A stretch of 64,000 bases of DNA, taken from the NCBI RefSeq assembly GCF_000143415.4, contig NW_003314268.1, positions 201,117-265,116 of the forward strand. The letters are read 5' to 3'. The stretch is from Selaginella moellendorffii (Eukaryota > Plantae > Lycopodiophyta). The notes below the pieces were generated by a model, which made no database searches, was not told where the DNA came from, and saw only the letters and a list, made by a program, of their open reading frames with translations. Below are positions 49,570 through 64,000 of the stretch, piece by piece. Each line of letters begins with the position of its first letter. Within the stretch, counting starts at the first letter, position 1. The translations under genes were made by a program, and so were the position numbers.

Positions 49570-52300
49570 CAATTCTTATCACACAGTATATCCAAATTGG
49601 CCACCTCTACACCAAGGTGATTAGCTTGAAATGGAATGAGGATGAGAAGTTTGATAAATTCATTGAAGATATGAAGAGTCTCTACCAGTAAATTGGGAGC
49701 TAACAACAAAATACTAGTTCCACTTTTTGAGAGCATTACTAAATCCTTTCTTTCTCTTCGCAGCAACTTGATGTAAGTGGATAAACTAGAGCTTAGATGA
49801 GTTATATCTACTGTCAAGGAAGAAATTGTGATGAGAAAAGACTTAAACTCCAAAGAGTTAGCATTGAACTCTGAAGGCTCCAAGGAAAAAACCTCCAAAC
49901 AAAAAGGCAAAATGCGAGGAGATTCTTCTAAATACAAAAATAAAAAGGATGCCAGCAATGATAAGAAGAGTCAAGTTTGTGAATATTGCCAAAAAAGGCT
50001 CTCACACTACCTCTAAATGTAGGAAAAAATGAGAAATCTTGAGAAATAAGCAAATCTTTTAAATCTACTATAAATTATAGGAAGCTGATTGAAGAAGCAA
50101 ATGTAGCCATAACAATTACCCTTCAATATGCTTACCTCTCCTCAGAAATCCCTGAGAATTCAGCTTATTTTCTATTAGATTCTCTCACTTTACATGACAT
50201 ATTATTCACTACAAATCTTATCCTGGAGAACATGCTGTACAACTTAGGTATAATAGTGAGACTAAGGTTGTTGGCATTGGTGACATTCCAGTCCCAACCA
50301 CAAAGTCCTCACCTGAGTCATGCATGCTCCTAGTTTATGTAGAAACTTGATCTATGTTGCATATGTGGCAGATATGGGTAACAAACCCATCTTTGATTTT
50401 AACTCTTGTGTTATTATCAATGCTTTTATTAGTGTAATCATAGCAACAACTCCAAGAGAAGGTAATCTTTATTACTTGGAGAATGAGTAGTCTACAAACA
50501 TTGCTCTTACCACTGGTATAGCATTTAAGAGTTTGCCATTTAAGTCTTAAGAGTTTAAGAACTCTAGATGGTGACAGGCTTAACTTTTTATACTTCTTCT
50601 TCTTTATCAGCTTGTGAAGCTTGTGCTTTAGGGAAGTAGCATAGAAAATCTTTTACCTTGATTGGCTCAAACTCCTTAGAGTTTGTTCACAAAAATGTTT
50701 GTGCATTAGTTAAAAATACATCCTTTTTTGGTTCTAAATATTTCTTAACATTCATCAATGATGGTAGTAGCAAGACATGGGTATACTTTCTAGCTCATAA
50801 GTTTGATAAGATAAAATATTTTTCTTGAATGGAAAGTTGAGAAACTGAACATAAAATCAAAATACTGCATTTAGATAATGGTGGTGAATTTATAAGCAAA
50901 GCTTTCAACCAATTTTATGTTAAAAGTGGCATTCAACAACAACTCACTAAACCATGTATATCTTAATATAATGGTGTCACAAAAAAGGAGGAATCAATCT
51001 ATCCTTAATCTTGCCAAATGCTTTATAGCTTAAGCAAATGCTTCATAAAGGCTGAATGTGCTATATATTTACTCAATTGCACGTTTACATTTGCTGTGAA
51101 TAACATAACACCAAAGGAGGCCTTTATTAGTTTCCAATCTTTGCATGGATCACCTCAAAATATTTGAATATGTGGCATTCATGCATATTTCAAAGAAGTT
51201 AAGATCAAAGTTTGATCTCAATAGCAAATGTTTAATATCTATGGGCTACTTTAACATTAGTCATGCTTATCAACTATTAAATCCTACCATTAGCAAAGCT
51301 TTTGGCTTAATTTATCAAGACATTATATTTCACAAGGATGTTGTTTTTTTAAACTTCTTTTGATACAAATTTCTTTAAAAAAATAATATTATAGTTTATG
51401 ATTGGCTTTAACACTTATTACTACCTTAGATTTAGGAGGAGTACCCTCTTCCTCCTCGCCATTTTAGGAGGAGGTGAATTATCACAATCTAATATGACAC
51501 CTTAGCAAAAATTTACACTTGAAGAGGATATCCTTGGTCATTAAAAAATCATCTTGAAAAGTATAAGAATCTAACTACTTCACTGGTATATTGGAATTTT
51601 ATGACTTAACATGCACTATTAAACCATCTTCTTTTATAAATAGCCTTATTACTATTCATTGCAATAGTTCAGAAAATTCAGTCTATTTTATTTAGAAAGA
51701 TGTCTTTGAAGAATCTGAGGTTACACAATTTTTGGTTCACATTGGGTATATAAAACTAAACTCACTGCTAATGAGACATTGAATTGCTATAAAACTCTTT
51801 TAGTAAGCATAAGGGTTTTTCCCAAAAATATGGCATGGATTATTTTGATACATATTCTTCAGTAATCAAGATGATTAAATTTGTATTCTATTAACATTTG
51901 CTACTCACTTTGATCTTGAAGTACATTACATAAATATCCAAACAACATTCTTTAATGTTGATTTGGAGGAGGATGTTTATTTTTACCAACCCCCTAGTTA
52001 TATTTAACCATTAAAAGAGCATAAAGTATGAAAGTTAAATAAAACAAACCTTAAACAAAATTTAGAGCTTGGTTTCATCATATTGACTCTTTCAAATAAC
52101 AAGGTTTTAGAGTTTTTAATGTAGACTTTAATGTTTATCTAAAATCTTACAACTCCTAAATACTCATTGTTAATAATTCTTTATTAAATATTATTTCATT
52201 GGCTTATTTACAACAGCCACATTTCCAATTGAGGATTTGGGGCATATATGGTATTGCTTTGGTTTGGGAGATCTCTATATTTCTTATGATAGATCTCCAA
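49570..52300 (+). mobile_element. Highly decayed Ty1/Copia retrotransposon internal region
   Basis: Remnants in Copia order: Gag Zn-knuckle-like CEYCQK, integrase (CEACALGK, ELVH, SKYFLTFINDGSSKTWVYFL, LHLDNGGEF), SH3-like (HLKIFEYVAFMHI..LRSKFD), RT (WVYKTK, DYFDTYS, FFNVDLEEDVYF). Stops and frameshifts throughout; LTRs not identified. Confidence 0.85.
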
Positions 52301-52399
52301 GCCAAAGCAATACCACCCATAAATTTTCAATTATTCTCAAACTAACTTTTCTATATTTCTCAAATTTTTTTTTAAAATGATATTCTAGAGAAATTTAGT

Positions 52400-55300
52400 T
52401 TGGTTGATTATCATTCTATTGTTGTACATATGCAACTAAGCACCATTCTCTCTAAAATAGATTGTCTCTCTAGACTTATTTTCTTCACGGCTAGGTGGAT
52501 AATTTTAAAAATTACCTTTAAACGGATAATCCTGATGGTTATCTTGCTTTTCAACACGTGGGTATTCACGTTTGGCACTTCAATTATCATTGTAATTGTT
52601 TCTCCTACGAAAATTTTTATTGTCAAATGAATAACTTTGTATACATATTATTTTATTAACTCGGGCTGCTTTTAACTTCTTAATTGTTCAAAACAAGGTT
52701 CTACACTCTTTAGCTAAATGCCTTTCTATTTCACAAAATTAGCACTTGATCAATTAGAGTTTAGATTTTTTTTTATGGCCTTTATTTTTGTATTTGGTAA
52801 ACCAAATCCCTTGTTTAAGATTGGTTTGTAATTTGAGGCTTCTTAAATAATTAATTTCTTTATCTATAGGAGTTGTCTTTTTGTCTGACTTCACTATATC
52901 TATTATATCATATTATTTTATGAAATTCTAGTAAGCAATCTTGGCTTTTTTCAAGTCATTGAAATCTATGTGAGCTCTTTTATTGCATGTTCACAATAAG
53001 TTTTCTTAAAGCCTTATATATATAAAAGCAGATAGATTTTTTCTGACACTAAATCTTTATAATGTTTATAATGTTTGTTGAATTAAGTTGTATATTCCTC
53101 AATTGTCTAAAACTTTCTTTAATGAAGCTTTTGTAACTCATTGTAATTTTTTTTCTTGGGTTTGTTTTCATGGAGAAAGCTTTAAAAAAGAAATTTTATC
53201 TACTCATCATATGTGCCAAACTTTTTGACATCATTATTATAGTATTAGTCCTTGGCTTTATTTTTGAGTATATAGGAGAAAAGATTCTTTTCTTGCCCAT
53301 CTGCTTAATTAAGTTTAATTGTTTCTATGTATTGCTCAATATATAATTGTGGGTCTTTTCCTTTAATTTTAGAAAAGGATGGATATACAATGATAGTGCC
53401 TATTGTTGTTTTTGCAATTGCTATTGTGTTCATTACAATTTGATAGAAAATGCTTTATTTTGCAACTAGTATAGGCAAAACAAGTGTTTGGTTCGTAGAA
53501 AAACTTAGATCACTGTTAAAGAGTAAGGGTTGTAAATTTAGCTTTTTTTCCTCTACTTTAGTTATTTTATGTTTCACTATTTTTAGTGGAAGTAAAGGCA
53601 TTTTCTATGTGCTGATACTACCAAGAAGGAGTAGCATATGGATTCATGTATTTTGGATGACCATAAAAGTTGTATTGAGATTTTTGATCTCTTCTTTACT
53701 GAGGTGTACTTAATGTGCTTTTAGCTCACTTTTTTTCAAACTTTTCTCTAACTTGATTAAGCAATGATTTAGTTTATTCTAAAGGGAAGTTAAGATCACA
53801 GATATCATGAGTAAATGCTCTATAATCTCATTTTAGATCTTGTCTTTTCAGACTGCCTTTTACTCATTAAATTGTGAGGGAAATATTGTATATTTATTAC
53901 CTTATTTAATATAGACAGTGACAATTTTATGTATAGGGACTATGCCTTCTAAAACTTTATACGTAAGATTAATTGTTAGTCTATACCTATATATATTTTG
54001 AGGTTTGTTGGCATTATTATTATGGTAAGTGTAGTTATTATGCCTCATTTGTATAATGAGTGGTATAAAGTTTTGGTATACAACATATTCCTTTTGTAAA
54101 TTGGCCTATCAATCACTCTTAGGAGCAAATATTTACTTTCCTAATCAATTTTGAAATGGGAATGGTTTTCTTTTAGAGGCTAAATATTTAGGACATTTTT
54201 TATATGAAAGTCTCAGAAATTTCTTGAGTAAAAAATGTTATTTTTTACAACATTTCTATTTTACTTATATGTGGTCTATTTTAAAAGATTTTTACTCCAC
54301 AAAATTTTGTTGCATATCAATCTAGATTTGGGAAATATCCAACATTTATTAATTCAATTATCAATAAGTGTATTTTTACCTATAAGTATCCAAGTTTTAT
54401 TGTGAAATGTTAAAGTTCCTACAATAGCTTTCTTACCTAAGATTGCATAAAATTTTAATAATTATTTAATAGGTAAAATTTTATAAATCTTTGGTAGGTT
54501 ATAATACTTAAGATTTGGGTCTAGCTCGAATAAGTAAATTAGAAAAATTTTAGCATTATTTTTTCTTTTTGTATAGGTAACTTCACAACTTATACTATGT
54601 ATCTACAAAGTAATTTAGGTGTATTATTACACCTTTGATAATATTAAAAACATCAGGAGTTAGATTTCTGTATACCTTAAACAAAATATTGTCAAGTATT
54701 TCACTCAGTAATTTGTTGGAGCTATTTAAACAATTTTATTAAATTTAGGCCTATTATCAGAAAATATATATTTTTTATAGACCCAAATAGAAGTTTATTG
54801 ATCCCCACTCTATGTGGCTAAGCAAAAGTATAATAAAGAAAAAATTAAACTATCTTATATGCCTAATAGTCAACATTACCCTTACAACTGTGGAATTAAA
54901 AAGGTGGCTTATTGCTCTTGGCAAATTTTAAATAAACTTTTTTTAAATGGATCAATTTTAGGGATTAATTTGAATAGGGCATGGAAACTATTCTTTGAAA
55001 TTGCCCTATAGAATTAACACAAAAGTTAAATTGTTTAGCACATGATAACTTATTCTAGATCAATTTTACTTATGGAATGATGCTAAGTAGTTTTTCAAAC
55101 ATGTGATAGCTAATTTATGGGAGACTTTGCTTCAGATTTAAATAAAAATTACTTTTCAAGACAAATTTCTTTCTAGCCTCTTTGCTAGCAAGCGGTAGTG
55201 GTCAATACAGATATTTGATCATGCTTATATAACAAATTCTTAAGCTTTGTAATGTATTTCAAAAATTTTGGGAGTGTTTTAAGTTGTTTCACCTTTTTAA

Positions 55301-56600
55301 ACAAAAACCTTTTTTAATATCTTTAAGCTTGTTTTAGTTCTTTAGATATTAAAGTGACAATAGCAGTGTTTCCAAGATTGATGCTTATGCCTAGCAGCAA
55401 GCTCTATGCTCTCTATTCCGCATTTATAGCATGAAACCTCTTAACTACTTTGTCTAGCAAAATCTTAATTAACATATGGGATGATCTGTGCATTCTAAAC
55501 GTAGTCAAAAATTGAGCTATAACTTTTATTGAAATAATTATATAGTTTTGCTTATATGAAAAATATTTACTAAATAGAAACTCTCTCATGTGAGGTATAT
55601 ACACTTATGGATCACATTTCACAAAAAGTAGTTCATTCTTTATAAAGGGTGTTTCACACATAGAGTAATGAGTATTTCCCTTAACAATTGAGTGTTACTC
55701 AATTGGTCTAAAGGATGGATTTTCACACCTATTCACTTGTATATTTGCTCTTTATTTATACATCACTTTAAAAGATATGGAGTGCATTTCATGTGATTGC
55801 CCTTGATTCTTCTCTATGGGGTTAGATATAAGTATTCTTAAAATTTATAGGAAAGTAACACTTTTCACACTGAGCAGTGTTTATAAGCTCTCTATGTATA
55901 ATAAATGAGCTTTGATTAATTCGCCTAGATGTAACGTAAAGTAGTTTAAATAGTTAAAGTGGTTTGTGATAATTGTTTTTGAATTTTTGACTTATGAATC
56001 TTGTTCAAGTCTCATAGGCTTTTACAATATGTGTAAAACATTTAAACTCGGGACAAGTCTACTTTTAAACTATGTCTGAGTAGTTATCCAAATTAAAAGA
56101 CCTTAGATTAAAGCTTTGAGACAATACAATATTGTAGTTGTGATTTTGCCTCTATTAAAGGCTCGTAAGATTTAAGTGAATAATTTATTAATTTATTTCT
56201 CACTAAAGCCAGCTATAACTTGTTTTAAGCTAGAGTAAAAAATAAGAGTTATAGGTGCCTAATTTTCTTATTTGTGGATACCTAGGAAAATTGTAATACA
56301 TTATTGAAAAATATATTCTCTAAAAACCCTTGGATTTTTCTCAAGAAATTGTTGATGAAACAATTTGAGTTTCTTGGCAATATATGCCAAACTCTAATTT
56401 CAAACTTGTTATATACTCTATAGTTTATATGACGATTGAAGAACTATCCTTTTTATGTTGTCTAGGCATTAAGCCACTATAATCACAAAAAAAGTTCTTT
56501 CGTTCAATGTTGTTTGGGCTTAAAGCTTTTATAATCATTGAAAAGATTTACATGTGATTCCTAGTGTTAAGCATGTTTGAAATTTATAAATGATTTTCTC
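52400..56600 (-). mobile_element. Highly decayed LINE (L1-like) remnant; boundaries approximate
   Basis: Minus-strand remnants of LINE RT motifs in the expected order: ISVLTT/YRLLAKRL at about 55170-55215, IEWG at about 54805, QGC at about 54630. Confidence 0.5.
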
Positions 56601-59393
56601 CTAGCTATTTTTCAAGCTAAAGAGTGACGACTTATCCCACAATGGTCGTAAAAAATGAGTAAAGCTTTTTCTATCTATACTCACATTCTTGCCTCTACCT
56701 ACAAAATAGTGATAAATAAACAAAAACAAGAACGTAGGGAAAAGGAGAGAAAATGAATGTAAAGAGAATAGAAGAGGATTTAGCCTCAAACTTCAAAGGC
56801 ATGAATAAAGATAAATATATATGACTCTTTTAACTCTATTTTGCACAAACAATCATAAGCGGGTGAAAAGATGATTAATTTAAAATGCAAATGCATACAA
56901 TAGTGAGTGGGGGTTGTTTTCTAGCATGTTTATTTATATATTATGTGATTTTATAATTATTCCTAACTACTTCACATTTATCTATGACTAGCGTTGCCTA
57001 GGTTGAATCTTTGTTTTTTGGATGCTTAAGCTTAAGTGTAACTCTATTTCACCTAAGTTTTCTTCTTTTGCTCTGTCTGGGAAAATACACAAGATAAAAT
57101 ATTTACCTTTTCATCAAGCATTTAGCAATGGATTTAGTTCTCAAAACATCAAATTGCATTTGCTAGCATATCCAGACAATGACAAGCTTGTAATATATGC
57201 CATGTTCTGACTTAATCAACCTTGATAGTCAACACCAACTTGGTTGCACAAACTATTAATCACTAGGTAGTAAAATTGAGCTAATTTTATATATTATCTT
57301 ATATACAAAATATTTTTAAAATGAATCTCAATAATCTCTTGCTAGAGAATAAAACCTATATTCCAAAGTCATGGATGGAAAGGGCCTTTAAGACATGGTT
57401 GCAAGGCATTAAGCATTCTATGACTGATACTCTCATAAAGTGAACACTAAGAAAAAAAATTAGCATTGAATTATACTAGCCCCTTGAACAGAAGCATAAG
57501 AAGATCCTTATTGTATATCAAGCAAGTGGCCACTAATTGTATGCTGTAATTGAGGAATGCCTTGTCCCCTCCCTTGGGAGAAATGGCTTTACCAGTGAAG
57601 GTGGAAATAGTGACACATGCATATATTAGTGTTTAGCATTCATATATAATGATTAACAATTTCACTTCCCACAAGATGGCATGAGTGCACTTGAATGACT
57701 CCAAAGACAAAAAGGTGGTAGTGTTCCTTTAAAAGTTACACAATATCACACACAATTTTAAACCTTTACTCCAAAACAAAAAAAAATTAAGAAAGCTCTA
57801 AAGTGAAAAAAGAGAAATAATATTAAATTTCTGAACACATAGCACTAAAATTCATGAAACATGACTCTTTGGAAAACAATTAACCTACTCTAACTCTTGG
57901 GAAAATAAATTTCAAAAAAACAAAAGTGGAAAAGAAGCAAGAAAGCTTCAAACTCTTTGTAGATAGCACAAAAAAAGAAATAATATGAGATTTCTTGAGT
58001 GCCATAGACACCCTTTTTGTGGTTCTTGTGGGCGATTAGGGAAATATTTCTACTTAAAGTGGCACAATGCAAAAGATAGGATTAAAAAGAAGTTTCCTTC
58101 AAATTCTTTTTAAAAATGAAGAAAAAGGAAAATTACAGGACAAAGAAAAAGAATTACTTACAATTGAAAAACGAGAAGATCTTGCAATAAAATAAACCAA
58201 ATCAAGCAAGAAAGAGTTTGTTGGAAATCTTAGAAGTAGATATATAAAACACCATAACTATCCAAGAAAATGGAGTTTTGTAAATTATGTAAACTACTAC
58301 CAAACATGGTTCTATTATTGTGTGTTTCAAACCTCCTTGCATGTCATAATTCTTGTGTCAAATCTACAAATTTATGATGCTAAAGGATAGAGAAAGATAA
58401 GAGCTACAAGTCTATTTAATCAATTTGCCAAAAAAAAAGAAACTAGAGCACAAAAAAAAAAAGATTTTTTAGCCATGAATCCTAAAACCCAAAAAAAAAA
58501 CTAAGAGAAGTTAAGGAATTTGTGAAAATAGTAGTGAATCCTGTATTCAAAAGAATCCATCTAACTGCCAAAATGCTCTTAAACATAGAGAGAACAAGAA
58601 TTATACTCAAATTCTTCATAACTTTCAAAAACAAAAAACAAAATGAATGGAAATAGGATAGATTGTTTGAGAACCCATCCCATGGTGCATCTTTTGCTCT
58701 GAAATGCACTCCAAAGTCAGAAAAAACAAATATATACCTTTGTATAGAATATCCTCTCATGCTCAAGAAATATTCTCATAGAGGGAATATTTGAAGGATC
58801 TCAATGGATTCAAAATAACTAAAGTCAATTTAACCCTTCAAACTCAAACTATTTTATAAGAATAGAATGGTTTTCAGGGCATAATAGATTAGTCATTGGA
58901 AAATCCTAATAAAATTTGTGGTAAATTCTATATCCAATAGAAAGAATGATTTTAAGTTAAATCCTCAAAACTTAATGAACTTTATCATATTTAGAACTTT
59001 GCATAGATCTCAATAGAATATATAAGCATTTAACAACATATCCCTAACACTATTTTTTAATTATTTTCAAGATCCAATATGAAATTAAAATACTAACAAG
59101 AAAAAAAAATCAAGCTCTAAAGAATTTTTTTGGTCAATTGACATAAGAATGTCAATTCCACTAGTATAAATATTAATGCCTTAATTACACACCTTTTCCA
59201 TCCCAGAGTGCATAAGTTATAACAAGTAAATGTTACAACCTTTTTCATGGATCGAACACGGGTGGTAGTAGAGGAGAGGATTCCCCGATTTGCGTGAAAG
59301 TTTCAGCTGGTGGCAAAATCCCTCTCGCAACGCAGAAGACAATTAGGGACGTTTGCTACCTAGGGCTTGTTTGCCCTGGAACAGGGGAGCTCC

Positions 59394-60014
59394 ATGAATT
59401 TCAGCGCGGCTCGCCAGCTCCTGGGCCTGGGCGATGGCGATGCTACCGCCGCCGAGGTCTCACTCTCATACTCTACCAAGAAATTCCTTCCCTTGCTCGC
59501 TAGAATTTCTTCTCTACCAGGTCAAAGCCGCTTACCGGAGCAAGGCCATGGAATTCCACCCCGATCGCGTCGATGCGTCGCGGAAATCGGCCGCGGAAGC
59601 TCAGTTCAAATCGGTAGGGTCTGATTGATCGAAGGAAATCCCCCAAATTTCACTCGATTTTCACCTAGGTGACTGAAGCGTATAGATTTCTTCTCGTCAA
59701 TGGCACAGGCAGCAGCGCCGGGTAATCAATCTCTTCTCTTCTCATCAATTCGAACTTTTTCTCATCGATTTCCCGCGGCAGGAGATCCGCGCACGCCACC
59801 AGAGCCACGATCATGAGCCGGAAGCAAAGAATTTTGCGAGGGCTTCCATACATGACCATGGTGATTGGCACTGTCTCGTATGGAGCATTCGTGGCGTCCA
59901 GGTCTTTGCAAATCAGAATCTCTCTTTCCTTTTGTAGCTAAAATCTATGGAGTTGTCAGGAAATACCTGAGAGAATGCGAGGCCGCAAGAGCCAATCACC
60001 CCTTTCTACCATGA
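59394..60014 (+). CDS. Small J-domain (DnaJ type C) protein with C-terminal hydrophobic segment; multi-exon
   Basis: ARQLLGL...EVKAAYRSKAMEFHPDR...AEAQFKSVTEAY (HPD motif), GLPYMTMVIGTVSYGAFVA, ends NHPFLP*. Confidence 0.9.
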
Positions 60015-60283
60015 CAAGGGGAAGAAATCTCACCATTCTTACACAGTTCTAGCGACTGTGGCCATGGATTCGCTCGTGATCCAGCTCCATTGCTTGCGTT
60101 CTCGCGCATTTTCTCTCTCTTTAAGCGAAATATATTTCTCTTTTCTCTGTTGAGCCCTAATTCTCTGTTCTTCAAGCGTCATGGACAGGGACGTAGGGCG
60201 CTCGTGATCTCCCTCCTCGTCGATCGCCGCGGCCAAGCGGAGCAAGGCGCCGACTAGCTGAGATCCACACTGCGGCCTCCAGG

Positions 60284-63200
60284 ATGGGATCTAGGCTCCG
60301 GTTTGTTCGATTCGTTGTCTCGAGCTTAGGGTAATCGTCCTCACTCGTGCTCGTTTTCTATCGCCAGGGACATGATTCGGGCAGTCCGTGCTTGTAAGAC
60401 CGCCGCCGAGGAGCGCGCCGTGATTGCCAGAGAATGCGCGAATTTGCGCACTGCATTTAAGGAGGACGATCATGACTACAGACATCGCAATGTGGCCAAG
60501 CTTATGTTTATCCATATGCTCGGCTATCCCACGCACTTTGGCCAGATGGAGTGCTTGAAGCTCATTGCCTCTCCTGGATTTCCAGAGAAGCGCATCGGCT
60601 ACCTCGGCTTGATGCTTCTTCTGGATGAGAAGCAAGAGGTTTTGATGCTGGTGACGAACTCGCTCAAGAAGTAAGCTTGTGGATCCATTCCCAGATGCTG
60701 ACTTTGGCTTCTTTCCTTTCGTCGGCAGTGACTTGAATCATTCCAACCAGTTTATTTCTGGATTGGCACTTTGTGCGCTGGGGAACGTCTGCACAGCGGA
60801 GATGGCTCGGGATCTGGCACCCGAGGTGGAGAAGCTACTTCAGAACAGCAACTCCTACATACGCAAAAAGGTAAGAGAAAGAAGTTTATGAAATCGAAAG
60901 GCAGGCTTTTGATTCTTAAGCAATGCAGGCAGCTCTGTGTTCAGTCCGGATCGTGCGTAAGGTCCCAGATCTTATTGAGAATTTTCTCAATCCTTGTACG
61001 AGCTTGCTGAATGACAAGCATCACGGTGTCCTTCTCGGTGCTGTAAAGCTTTGTACCGAATTGTGCGAGGGGAGTGTGGAAGCTTTGGAACATTTCAGAA
61101 AGGTAACGTTTTGGTTTTTCTCATCCGGAAGTTTTGAAAGTCCCGCCCTTGCAGCATACCATGACACTAGTACGCGTCTTGAAAAACCTGGTTGTGAGTG
61201 GCTACGCTCCGGAATACGATGTTGGAGGCATCACAGATCCCTTTTTGCAAATACGAGTTTTGCGTTTACTTCGACTCCTTGGGAATGGGGATTCCGAGTC
61301 CAGCGACGTTATGAGCGATATTCTTGCTCAGGTATCTTCTCATACCAGTCCCGAGTAGAGTCTCATTTTTGGCTGGCAGGTGGCAACTAATACAGAGTCC
61401 AACAAGAATGCTGGGAACGCAATCTTGTACGAATGTGTGCAGACGATTATGGGTATAGAGGCTATTGGCGGTCTCCGTGTTCTTGCTATCAACATTCTTG
61501 GAAGATTTCTCGCGAACCGTGACAACAATATTAGGTACGTTATCTTGTGCGCCAGGTTGATTTCTCTTTATACTGGACCTCCAGATCTCTTGTTTTGCGT
61601 GCAGATATGTTGCACTTAATACGTTGGTGAAGGTAGTCTCGGTGGATACGCAGGCTGTGCAGAGACATCGTACAACCATAGTAGAGTGTGTGAAGGTAAA
61701 TGCTGTCTATTTTGGATATACTAAAACGAGCAATCGTGTATAGGACTCAGACGTTTCAATCAGAAGGCGGGCTCTTGATCTGGTGTACGCGCTGGTCAAC
61801 GAAACCAACGTCAAGACGCTGACGAAGGAACTGCTGGAATATCTAAAAGTTAGCGATCCAGAATTCAAAGCCGATCTTACTGGGAAAATTTGCTCTCTAG
61901 TTCAAAAGTACACTGCACCGAAAATCTCTTTTGTCGCCTGCTGATTTCCCACTGTTACAGGTTCTCTCCGAGCAAAGTGTGGTACATTGACCAGATGATC
62001 AACGTCATGGTGGAGGTAAAATACGTTATTTTGTCTAAATTTTGAAGTTATTGTTCTTTTTTGTCAGGCGGGAAAATTTGTGAAAGACGAAGTTATTCGA
62101 GCACTTCTATTAGTCGTGAGCAATGCTCCTGATCTGCACGGTTATACTGTTCGTGCGTTGTACCGGGCATTTGCTCATTGGGACGGTCAGGTATTCTGTG
62201 GTTTTGAGATTATGTCATTAAGCCTCTGACTATATGGTGGTCAGGAAAGCTTTGCTCAAGTTGTTCTTTGGTGTATTGGAGAGTATGGTGAAATGCTCGT
62301 CAACAATGCGAATGAGCTGGAGGGAGAAGAACCAATCACGGTAAGCTGGATTACTGGATGTGACATAAAGTGAAGACACTGTGACTCTCAGGTTACGGAG
62401 TCGGATGCTGTGGACGTGCTGGAAAATGTTTTGAAAGATTTCCGAGTGAGCTCCAGTACGCGGGCCTTCGCACTTACAGCAATGCTAAAACTTTCTTCTC
62501 GTTTTCCCTCATGTGCAGAGTAAGCACCTTTGATTTCAGTTTGTAAGCTCAATTATTTCTTTGCAGCCGGATCAAGGAGGTGATGATGCAATATAAAGGA
62601 AACTTAATACTTGAGCTCCAACAGCGAGCCATTGAATTCACGTCCATCCTCAGCAAGCATCAAAACATAAAGTGAGTGTAACAGCAGCCATGCGTTTGGT
62701 AGACTTACGGGTGGTTTCTACCGATTTGCAGAGGGGCGTTACTCGAGAAAATGCCAGCATTAGATGCAACCGCCTACAGTACCAAGCGAGCCGATGCAGC
62801 CGGAGTATCGCTTGCAAATGGAAGAGCATCAATACACGAAACTGGTCCAGTGTCCACATCTAATGGACCAGGCTCACAACCAATCCTGACAGATCTGTTA
62901 GACCTCAACGTGGACGACACTCCAGCTCCTCCAGTTCAGCGGAAATCAGCTGGTGATGTACTCTTGGATTTATTGGGAGCTAATCCAAGCGCACCCTCTG
63001 CATCTCAAGGTCAGACTTACTACATAATGTGTTAGTAGCATCTGACAATTTTGAAAACGCAGAACAAACTTCAGGAGGTGGCTCGGATGTGCTGATGGAT
63101 CTTTTGTCCGTCGGCTCTTCTTCACGACAACCTGTGATCTCAAGCAGTGGCCTGGATTCGCTCTCTCAACCGATTAAGCAGTCGTTTGTCGAAGCAAGGA

Positions 63201-63790
63201 AACCCACTGGTATGGATATGGACCTTCTTGGGGACCTTGGAGACAGTAATGGTGGTAACTAATCAATTGCTGTTTGATTATGTATGTATTAACACCAAGT
63301 TTGTGTGTGTTTGCAGCTCCTATGTATCCGACCATCCTTGCTTATCAAAGTGAGGCCTTAAGCGTAACTTTCGAGTTCAAAAAGGTCCCTGAGAACCCCC
63401 AGTTGACCCTGATTTTGGCATCTTACGCGAATGCTTCTGGAAAGTCATACACGGACTTTGTTTTCCAGGCAGCGGTTCCAAAGGTGAGCAGGAATTCGGA
63501 TTGTGACAAGCCTGATAACAATCTTTCCTTTTTGCGTTTGTTAGTACCTGCATCTCCGGCTGGAGCCTGCAAGCAACAGCGAGCTTGAACCGAAGGAGAG
63601 AATCACTCAAACAATAAGAGTCGAGAACAGCATGCTTGGACAGGTTTGCTTCGTAATCTTCTGTAGAGATTTGTGACGAATTTGGCTGTGACAGAAACCT
63701 TTGGCCATGAGAATACGAATTAGCTACAAAGTGGATGGCCAGGACGTCCTGGAGCAGGGCCAAGTGCACAACTTCCCTGCTGGTTTGTGA
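60284..63790 (+). CDS. AP1G: AP-1 complex subunit gamma (gamma-adaptin); multi-exon
   Basis: [85 protein letters not shown]; hinge with LLDL motifs; ear domain FVFQAAVPK...HNFPAGL*. Confidence 0.97.
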
Positions 63791-64000
63791 TAGGTATGGA
63801 GAAAACAATTTTGGTTCGTCAATAAAGTATTGTTTCTTTTATTTGATGGTTTCTGAGATGGTGGACTCGTCCTTGAAACAAGGAAAACTCGAAAGCTCAC
63901 CATTGAGAAGTTTTCACTCGAGGACGACGACTCCCACGTATTAGCCATGTTACAAACGAATTTGTGAAATTGAGAAGATGAGCGATTGCAAGCCAAGCCT

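Noticed and set aside
63800-64000. Possible next gene on the minus strand
   Set aside because: Too little sequence in the window to identify.

Overview
Gene-dense, short-intron (about 45-70 bp) land-plant nuclear DNA. The architecture suggests the lycophyte Selaginella (inference; no database search was possible). Left to right: (1) a Dicer-like gene (helicase-DUF283-PAZ-2x RNase III) that runs off the left edge. (2) Three tandem genes, each a cholesterol-oxidase-type GMC flavoenzyme fused to an alpha/beta-hydrolase with Cys at the nucleophile elbow (AHCxG) and a C-terminal membrane anchor; the third copy carries a 1-bp frameshift. (3) A tandem segmental duplication (about 18.0-24.3 kb vs 24.4-36.4 kb) with a LysM+TM gene, an acireductone dioxygenase and an intronless WAT1/UMAMIT transporter. 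LysM and ARD are dead in copy 1, and copy 2 hosts a decayed Gypsy LTR element. (4) RBOH NADPH oxidase, PP2C, oligopeptidase A (M3), a small secreted 8-Cys protein and a prolyl 4-hydroxylase. (5) A mosaic of gene fragments and an about 10 kb AT-rich island of decayed Copia/LINE sequence. (6) A small J-domain gene and AP-1 gamma-adaptin. The best candidate for an undescribed system is the oxidase/Cys-hydrolase fusion array, followed by the putatively plastid-targeted LysM membrane protein and the DCL2/4-like Dicer. CDS coordinates span introns and were read by eye.
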